Positions 58,201 to 64,000 of a DNA stretch of 64,000 bases are shown here, in pieces. The stretch is from NCBI GenBank assembly GCA_039715015.1, contig JBDLIE010000001.1, positions 1-64,000 on the forward strand. Reading direction: 5' to 3'. Made by a program: the position numbers and the translations under genes. This DNA comes from Thermodesulfobacteriota bacterium (GTDB lineage Bacteria; Desulfobacterota; Desulfobulbia; Desulfobulbales; SURF-16). The notes beneath the pieces were generated by a model, which was not told where the DNA came from, searched no databases, and saw nothing but the letters and a program-made list of their open reading frames with translations. Numbering within the stretch: the stretch's first letter is position 1; each line of letters begins with the position of its first letter.

Positions 58201-59924
58201 AAGCTTGTTGCTCGTTAATACGTGCGATTGGTGAATCGGGTAAGAAAATTGACAAGGTCCTGTTCTTCTTGAGTCCCTCAATGGGTGATGGAGGGCTGGC
58301 TGCATTATCTGGAGACAATATTAATCACTACCTTGAGCACTCTTTTTTTAGTTTACTAAATATTGTTCGCGCCCTTGAGATTTATCAAGAGAACGAAGTT
58401 CAGGTCAATGTGGTGTCACGGTGTGCATCTGTTGTTACGGGTGATGAGGATGTGGATCCATTTCATGCGGTTGTGGCATCCATGGTCAGAGTTGTTCATA
58501 ACGAATCCTTGAAAATTAAATGCCGAAATATTGACTTTAACATTGATCAAGGCCGTACTTTCTTCAGTGATCGTGAGTTGGAGCAGTTACTGCGCGAGCT
58601 GCCCTGTGAAATTGATGCACGATTGGTCGCATATCGAGGGCAATATAGGTGGACGCAGTGTTTTGAGAAGCTGACACCTCTTGGAGATGATCTGGGTACA
58701 ACTTCTGTCAAAGATGGCGGAGTGTATCTGATTACCGGAGGGTTGGCTGGGATTGGCTATATTCTCGCAAAACATGTTGCGAAGCAAGGTCGTGTGACTC
58801 TGGTTCTTGCTGAGGAGGCATGTTTGCCAAACCAGGAGGAATGGCAAGGATGGATTGACAGCCATGGAGATGACCATAAGACAAGCGTGAAAATTAAAAG
58901 AATCATAGAGCTCCAGAATCAGGGCAGTCATATTGTTGTGCATCCGGTTGATATATCAAGTTTTAAGGAAATGACAGAGGTGGTAACTCAAATAAAAGAT
59001 GAATTCGGTGCTGTGGATGGAGTTATCCATGCTGCGGGTAAACCATGTTTGTCAGGCTTTATCGGCCAGACACGAGAGGTTGCCGACAACATTTTTAATG
59101 ACAAGATCAAGGGAGCAATTGTTTTGGGGAAAGCCATTGATGGTGAATCTCTTGATTTCTTCATTCTATGTTCATCCATTTCTTCTGTGGATGGATCCAT
59201 AGGTAAAATTGTAAATAGCTCAGCTGATGCCTTTCTGGATTCCTTTGCTCATATGGGACTCTTGGGGGCTGAAAATGTCACGACGAGTGTTAACTTCGAT
59301 ACGGTTGAAGGCTGCATGCATGAGTATCAAAGCCTAAATGGATTATCTGGTGATGCAGATGCTGGAGAGTCTCAAGGGCCTGTTTCCCTAAATAGGTATT
59401 CGGAATACCTTAATCATCATATGGATATGGCTTTGAAGGAAGAAGAGGTTGGAAATATTTTCGACCAGATTGTTGGTGCCTCTTTGCCTCAAATTGTAGT
59501 CTCAACCAGAGATGTAGATCGTCGCAAGGAAGAGAACGGTAATTTTAGTAAAATTACCTCAGGTGCGGTGGAGGCGTTAGGTGACGGAAGTAGGTACGAT
59601 CGACCTCAATTGGATAATTCGTACGAGGCTCCTGAAAGTCCAACAGAGGTGCTTCTTGCCGGGATTTGGGAGGAAGTTCTGGGTATCGATAAGATTGGTG
59701 TGTACGACAGTTTCTTTGATTTGGGAGGGAATTCGTTGTTGGCGACAAGAGTAATATCCAGAATAAGAGAAACATTTGGTGTGACTGTTCCTGTGAAAAG
59801 CTTGTTTAATTATCTCTATATTCGGGATTTGTCCAAATTGATCGTAGATCAAAGGAGCCAGGGTAATGAAGAAGTTTCTGTTAGCTCTGGTATCGTGAAA
59901 CAAAAAAAGAAAATAACTGTATAG
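55263..59924 (+). CDS. Type I cis-AT polyketide synthase, KS-AT-KR(probably inactive)-ACP
   Basis: KS SACSTS/EAHGTGT/NVGH; AT GHSIGE and KAAHS; KR LITGGLAGIG without the catalytic Tyr; ACP FFDLGGNSLL. Confidence 0.95.
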   Translation: MEVEENSKEGHVAIVGMSCRFPGASDLESFWQNLKNGKESIVSFSDDELEAAGVPPELIGDPAYIKVGSILDDVEKFDADFFNFSPREAEILDPQQRIFLECSWEALENAGCCSDYYDGVISVFAGQGINTYMLGNLSNLDRTTNDKFDFFTANDKDFLATRVSYKLNLKGPSLTVQSACSTSMVAVHLACQSLQIGESDMALAGGVSVRVPQVEGYLHTGGYPLSADGHCCTFDESANGTVFGNGAGVIVLKRLEDAIEENDHVYAVVRSIAINNDGSSKIGFTAPSVQGQASVIIEAHELAEVNPGSITYVEAHGTGTEMGDPIEVSALTEAFRANTSGKGFCAIGSLKTNVGHMDTAAGVGAIIKTALSLQNKMIPPSLNFKKPNPNIDFENSPFYVNAELQDWKVPGGMPRRAGVSAFGIGGTNSHLILEESPPAGSSGKSRPWQIVTLSARSEAALDKMTSNLASFLEGNGAINLSDIAYTLNTGRKTFNYKRVCVVDDVDNAITSLETLDRKSVFTTYSDSSNSRIVFMFPGQDSIYLNMGSDLYANEPVFKYHVDYCADKLMAHLGVDIRDILFCSDSSLDDEDGGRFGNIRFMQPIVFVFEYALARLWMACGVKPDAMVGHSIGEYVAACLSEVMSLDDALDIVAYRGDLLEKLPDGKNIAVSLSEKDTQKYLTEKLSIAVITTSSLCVVSGRDDDVNALEQRLQGDGVDYKSLNIPKAAHSILMEPIIEPLRDKFKNIELNPPKVPFVSCITGEWIQPEQAVDPNYWAMHVRNTVRFADAIRTIADQEEQIFVEVGPGRALSSLVKLHVGRRSKHVVLTSSRNPQSDECDDEFFLKNLGKVWLTGISVDWRQYYEDEKRHRIPLPTYPFERKRFWVESSGYSPAPKSKEKKASVDECLFAPSWKRSGPLTLRTDFEGDEGWLVFSDGAGLSRQVSERLLAGKHHVMDVRQGIGLAEEPVNDAYHCDSRDEEACCSLIRAIGESGKKIDKVLFFLSPSMGDGGLAALSGDNINHYLEHSFFSLLNIVRALEIYQENEVQVNVVSRCASVVTGDEDVDPFHAVVASMVRVVHNESLKIKCRNIDFNIDQGRTFFSDRELEQLLRELPCEIDARLVAYRGQYRWTQCFEKLTPLGDDLGTTSVKDGGVYLITGGLAGIGYILAKHVAKQGRVTLVLAEEACLPNQEEWQGWIDSHGDDHKTSVKIKRIIELQNQGSHIVVHPVDISSFKEMTEVVTQIKDEFGAVDGVIHAAGKPCLSGFIGQTREVADNIFNDKIKGAIVLGKAIDGESLDFFILCSSISSVDGSIGKIVNSSADAFLDSFAHMGLLGAENVTTSVNFDTVEGCMHEYQSLNGLSGDADAGESQGPVSLNRYSEYLNHHMDMALKEEEVGNIFDQIVGASLPQIVVSTRDVDRRKEENGNFSKITSGAVEALGDGSRYDRPQLDNSYEAPESPTEVLLAGIWEEVLGIDKIGVYDSFFDLGGNSLLATRVISRIRETFGVTVPVKSLFNYLYIRDLSKLIVDQRSQGNEEVSVSSGIVKQKKKITV

Positions 59925-60156
59925 GAGTGTTTGTATAAATTTCAGGGTGTGTAGTTATGTAAGTTGTCCTGGTAAATTATAATTGGTCTCTTGTTCTTGA
60001 TCAATTTTCTTTGGTTCGCATGTGGTATGTGTATTGATAGTTTAAGTCTGGTGCATATGTAATACATTAAAAAGTGATGGTTGTTTGTCGTTGTTACGTT
60101 AGTAGGTAAGAAGTTCTTGCCTGTTCTGAAATATCAAATCTTATGGAGATGCGGCG

Positions 60157-63100
60157 ATGCAGCAGTTTTTGTCAGGATTATTGAAGAAGGGAGTGGTCGT
60201 ATCATCTGTAAATCAGCAATTAGAGATTGATAGCTTTGGGGCGGAAATTGATGATGCTGATATTGCATTACTGAAAAAATATAAAAAACAAATTGTTGAT
60301 TTCTTAAGTAATAAAAAGGTGTCCATTGCTACCTATAATCAGGAAAGACTCTGGTTCTTGGATCAACTTGATGATGTAGCACGATATAATATCCCCGTTG
60401 CATATAGCATAAATGGAAGCTTTGATCTCTCCGTTTTGGAAAGATCGCTGCAGGCAATAGTAGACCGGCATGAAAGTTTTAGGGTTGGATTCCGAGCAAT
60501 AGATGGATATCCGGTTCAGTTAATTGATCCTTCGCTAACTTTCAGCGTTACGCATCATGATATTTCTTCAAAAAGTAAGGGGCAGCAGAGCCTTTTGTTG
60601 GAGAATATTGCCACGGCTGAGATTCATTCTCCGTTCAACTTGGAAAAACCGCCATTGCTGAGGGTAACGGTGGTCAAGGCGGGGACGGATGAGTATGTCC
60701 TGATTATTAATATGCATCATATCATTTCTGACGGTTGGTCTGTTGGGGTGTTTGTTAATGAGTTGGCTGCCTCGTATAATGCGGCTATTAGCGGCAAGGC
60801 AGTGAATCTGCCGGAATTGCAGCTTCAGGTTTCAGATTATGCATCTTGGGAGAGGCATAATGTGTCTGAGAAAAGCCTGGAAGAGCAATTGAGCTATTGG
60901 GTTGAAAATTTAAAAGGATATTCTGGTGTGTTGGACATGCCCACAGACTATCCGCGACCAGAGCGTCAAAGTGGGCAAGGGAAACGTGCAGTTTTTGATG
61001 TTCCTGGTGAGCTGGTTTCGAAGTTGAAAACTGTGGCTGTAGAAAATTCTGCAAGTATGTATATGGTTGTTTTTTCAGCTATATATGTGGTCCTGAGGCG
61101 GTATAGCCAGCAAAACGATATCTGCATAGGCACACCTGTTGCCAAGCGCGACAAGGTGGAGCTGGAAAATTTGATAGGTTTCTTTTCAAACACCCTTCCC
61201 GTTCGAGTCAATACACCTGATAACTGTACATTCAATAGTCTCCTTGCCTCAGTCAAAGATTCTGTCCTTGATGCCTATGGGAATCAGGAAGTGCCCTTTG
61301 ATCAAATAGTGAACAAGGTCTTGTCTTCAAGGGATTTTAGTCGAAATCCTATTTTTCAAGTAATGATAGCGTACCAAAACATTTCTAGTTCTGATTTTGA
61401 TTTAGTCGCTAATGAAACAGAATCATTGAGTGGTAAAGACTACTATAAATCTGCGAAGTTTGATCTGCTCTTCAATGTAGAAGATGATGGCGACAGCTTG
61501 GAGGTGGCTATTGAATATAGCACCGACCTGTATGCCGCTGATACCGTTAATCTTTACCAGAAAGCATTAATCTCAATACTTGAGGGATTTTGTTCGGACA
61601 TAGGTGTTGAGGTTGACAGGGTGCCTCTGGGGAGTACCTGGGGGCAGAATGAGATTTCGAGCTGTTGGTGTGGTTCAGGTGATGCTGAAGATCACGCACC
61701 TAGCTCTCAAGCATTGGCTGATTTTTTAGATATAAGAGGTGATGGGGCGGCAATTAGTGGTGGTGATGCTGACATTTCATATGCGGAATTAGATCAAAAA
61801 TGTGATGCCGTCTGTTCCGGCTTATTAAGTATGTCTGGTGTTACGGATACTACTGTCGGTATTTATGGAGAGCATGGCGTTGATGAAATAATTGCCATGC
61901 TTGGGGTTTTGAAGTCCGGCCTTTCATATGTGAAACTCAGAAAGGACATGCCCGATGCCCTTTTGCAAAAAATCATTGAGGATTCATCCGTACAAATAAT
62001 TCTGAAATCAGGTCACGATTCTGATGAAGGTCTCTTGGACGCTTTTCCTGGACTCAGCTGTTATATGATAGAAGACCTCTATGCAGGAGACATTTCTGGC
62101 AAGGTTGAGGTTCAGGCTGACACCACGTCCTCGGCCGCCGTGTATTATGGTTTTTCCGACCATGGAGAAGCTCAAGGTGTTCGATATACATATGACAATA
62201 TGTTGGAAATGATCAGTTCATATGATCATGAGATGGCAGTGGGAATGGCGGATGAGATATTTTTGGTTGATATCCATGTCTTATCATGCCTCCAAAATAA
62301 AAAAAAATATGTTATCCCCTCTAAAAATGTTGATTTCTATAAGGATAAATATGGCTCATTGATATATCACAGCCAAGATGTAGTTGAGTCATTTTCTGTT
62401 AAGCAGACTCCCGAGGAACTGCTTGAGTGTGCATCCTCCATGGGGCCGCAGGATGCAGGTGTTGACCTTGCGAATATGCCTGTCGCTTATAGCAATGGTG
62501 GAGAGCAAATAATTCCGCCGGACGCGCCGAAAACACTTATTGAGGCCTTAATCAGTGCCTCTATGAGTGATAACATGCACGGGATTTTGGCCATAGATGA
62601 GCGAGGCAATGAAAAATTCCAGAGTTATTCGAATTTGTTTCTTGAGGCTAAGAAGGTAGCAAGTGGACTGCGCAAGCATGGCATAGCGCCACGAACAGCG
62701 GCTATCTTGCAGGTGGAAAGCTTGGAACAGCATTTCTCTGCCTTTTGGGGATGTGTGCTTTGTGGTGTTATTCCCGTGACCATTGCCATCGCACCTATTT
62801 ATGAGAAGAATCAAACTGTAGTTCAAAAACTCATTAATATTTGGAAGTTGTTGGATAATCCCTGTCTTATTTCCAGCGCCACTAATCGCGATGACATTGT
62901 CAATGTGATACGGGACTCTGAGAGTAAAGAGTGCCAGGTTGTGAAGATAGATGATCTATTAAACAATGAGGAGATAGACGATATTTATCAGGCTAAACCT
63001 GATGATGTTATTTTCTATCAACTGACATCAGGGAGTACTGGTACGCCTAAATGTATCCAGGAGACCCATAGGGCGATTATCAGTCATATCTTGGCTGCTG

Positions 63101-64000
63101 CTGAATTTAACGGCTACTCTGAGGATGATGTAAACCTTAGCTGGCTTCCCATGGATCATGTGGTGCCGACACTCACGGTGCATCTAAAAGATGTATTCAT
63201 GCAGAATCTTTCGATCCAGGTGAAAACTAACTACATCCTGCAGGATCCTCTTAACTGGCTGCGGTTAATGGAAAAACATAAGGTGAATCTCACCTGGGCT
63301 CCCAATTTTGCCTATAAATTGATCACTGAAAGTCTGGAGCGAGATCCTGATTTCAGTGTTGATTTGTCAAAGGTGAGATTTTTCATGAATGCAGGAGAGC
63401 AGGTGACTCGACCTGTAATTGATGCATTCATAGAAGTAGTAAGTAAGTTTGGCATAGTTCCTTCAGTACTGCAGCCAAGCTTTGGTATGGCAGAAGCCTG
63501 TACATGCATGACATTTAATAATAATTATAACAATGTCTCCTCTGTGTTTAGGGCGAAGAAGTCTTCTCTACAAGAAACTTTTTTGAAAGAAACTGATGGT
63601 GAAGATCAGCTGTATACTGAATTTATTAATTTGGGATTACCTGTTCCGGGCATCGAAATTCGGATTACGGATGAACAAAACAATGTCGTTCCTGAACGGG
63701 TAATTGGACGATTTCAGATTCGCGGCGATGTTATTACTCCTGGATATTATAAGAGGCCTGAGGCAAATAAAGAGGCCTTTGTCGGAGATGAGTGGTTCAA
63801 CTCCGGAGATATAGGTTTTATTCATAATTCAAGCCTGTATCTCACCGGTCGCGAGAAAGAGACTATTGTTGTCCGTGGGGCAAATATATACTGTTATGAA
63901 GTAGAGGATATCGTCAATTCAGTTGAAGGAGTGTTGCCAACCTTTACTGCTGCATGCAGTATGAATGATCCGGTTACGGGTACGGAGTCTCTAGCCGTAT
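60157..64000 (+). CDS. Nonribosomal peptide synthetase, partial (runs off the window): docking domain, C, degenerate A, keto/hydroxy-acid-type A
   Basis: Not in the ORF track because it has no stop. Manual translation from ATG 60157 is open to 64000: QERLWFLDQL, MHHIISDGWS, decayed A (ISYAEL, VLKSG, no P-loop), intact A (LTSGSTGTPK, WLPMDHVVP, TWAPNFAY, FGMAE, WFNSGD, GREKE). Confidence 0.93.
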   Translation, partial: MQQFLSGLLKKGVVVSSVNQQLEIDSFGAEIDDADIALLKKYKKQIVDFLSNKKVSIATYNQERLWFLDQLDDVARYNIPVAYSINGSFDLSVLERSLQAIVDRHESFRVGFRAIDGYPVQLIDPSLTFSVTHHDISSKSKGQQSLLLENIATAEIHSPFNLEKPPLLRVTVVKAGTDEYVLIINMHHIISDGWSVGVFVNELAASYNAAISGKAVNLPELQLQVSDYASWERHNVSEKSLEEQLSYWVENLKGYSGVLDMPTDYPRPERQSGQGKRAVFDVPGELVSKLKTVAVENSASMYMVVFSAIYVVLRRYSQQNDICIGTPVAKRDKVELENLIGFFSNTLPVRVNTPDNCTFNSLLASVKDSVLDAYGNQEVPFDQIVNKVLSSRDFSRNPIFQVMIAYQNISSSDFDLVANETESLSGKDYYKSAKFDLLFNVEDDGDSLEVAIEYSTDLYAADTVNLYQKALISILEGFCSDIGVEVDRVPLGSTWGQNEISSCWCGSGDAEDHAPSSQALADFLDIRGDGAAISGGDADISYAELDQKCDAVCSGLLSMSGVTDTTVGIYGEHGVDEIIAMLGVLKSGLSYVKLRKDMPDALLQKIIEDSSVQIILKSGHDSDEGLLDAFPGLSCYMIEDLYAGDISGKVEVQADTTSSAAVYYGFSDHGEAQGVRYTYDNMLEMISSYDHEMAVGMADEIFLVDIHVLSCLQNKKKYVIPSKNVDFYKDKYGSLIYHSQDVVESFSVKQTPEELLECASSMGPQDAGVDLANMPVAYSNGGEQIIPPDAPKTLIEALISASMSDNMHGILAIDERGNEKFQSYSNLFLEAKKVASGLRKHGIAPRTAAILQVESLEQHFSAFWGCVLCGVIPVTIAIAPIYEKNQTVVQKLINIWKLLDNPCLISSATNRDDIVNVIRDSESKECQVVKIDDLLNNEEIDDIYQAKPDDVIFYQLTSGSTGTPKCIQETHRAIISHILAAAEFNGYSEDDVNLSWLPMDHVVPTLTVHLKDVFMQNLSIQVKTNYILQDPLNWLRLMEKHKVNLTWAPNFAYKLITESLERDPDFSVDLSKVRFFMNAGEQVTRPVIDAFIEVVSKFGIVPSVLQPSFGMAEACTCMTFNNNYNNVSSVFRAKKSSLQETFLKETDGEDQLYTEFINLGLPVPGIEIRITDEQNNVVPERVIGRFQIRGDVITPGYYKRPEANKEAFVGDEWFNSGDIGFIHNSSLYLTGREKETIVVRGANIYCYEVEDIVNSVEGVLPTFTAACSMNDPVTGTESLAV

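Noticed and set aside
60788..63825. Short minus-strand ORFs listed in the last 4 kb
   Set aside because: They are antisense to the continuous plus-strand NRPS frame starting at 60157.

Overview
A 64-kb chromosomal window that looks like a sulfate-reducing deltaproteobacterium (Desulfobacterota, Desulfobulbaceae-like; this is inferred from gene content only). Positions 1-41 kb are mostly core and signalling genes: ettA, a GAF-GGDEF cyclase, RecQ, a wHTH-rubredoxin pair with a PerR-like box, nhaA, glutamate dehydrogenase, an MMPL transporter, two hexaheme c7-type cytochromes, a MipA-type barrel, an acyl-CoA dehydratase activase trio, a TPAT/TRAP transporter, PilZ, three two-component proteins and a complete moxR-DUF58-batABCDE operon. 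Positions 41-64 kb are accessory. They hold two integron-like cassettes with attC sites and no integrase, an amidohydrolase-fold protein lacking its metal ligands, NDH-2, two tandem IS200 elements, IS3 debris, a GDSL hydrolase and the first 12 kb of an AT-richer hybrid NRPS-PKS-NRPS cluster. The ORF track misses or splits three genes. Two are probable selenoproteins with an in-frame UGA and a near-identical SECIS-like hairpin: an exported tandem rhodanese translationally coupled to a hybrid sensor kinase, and a UxxC peroxiredoxin-like protein. The third is an NRPS that runs off the window end, with a C / dead-A / keto-acid-type-A architecture. The best candidates for an undescribed system are the seleno-rhodanese plus hybrid kinase module and the depsipeptide-type NRPS-PKS cluster. 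All calls come from manual reading and motif recognition; no searches were run.
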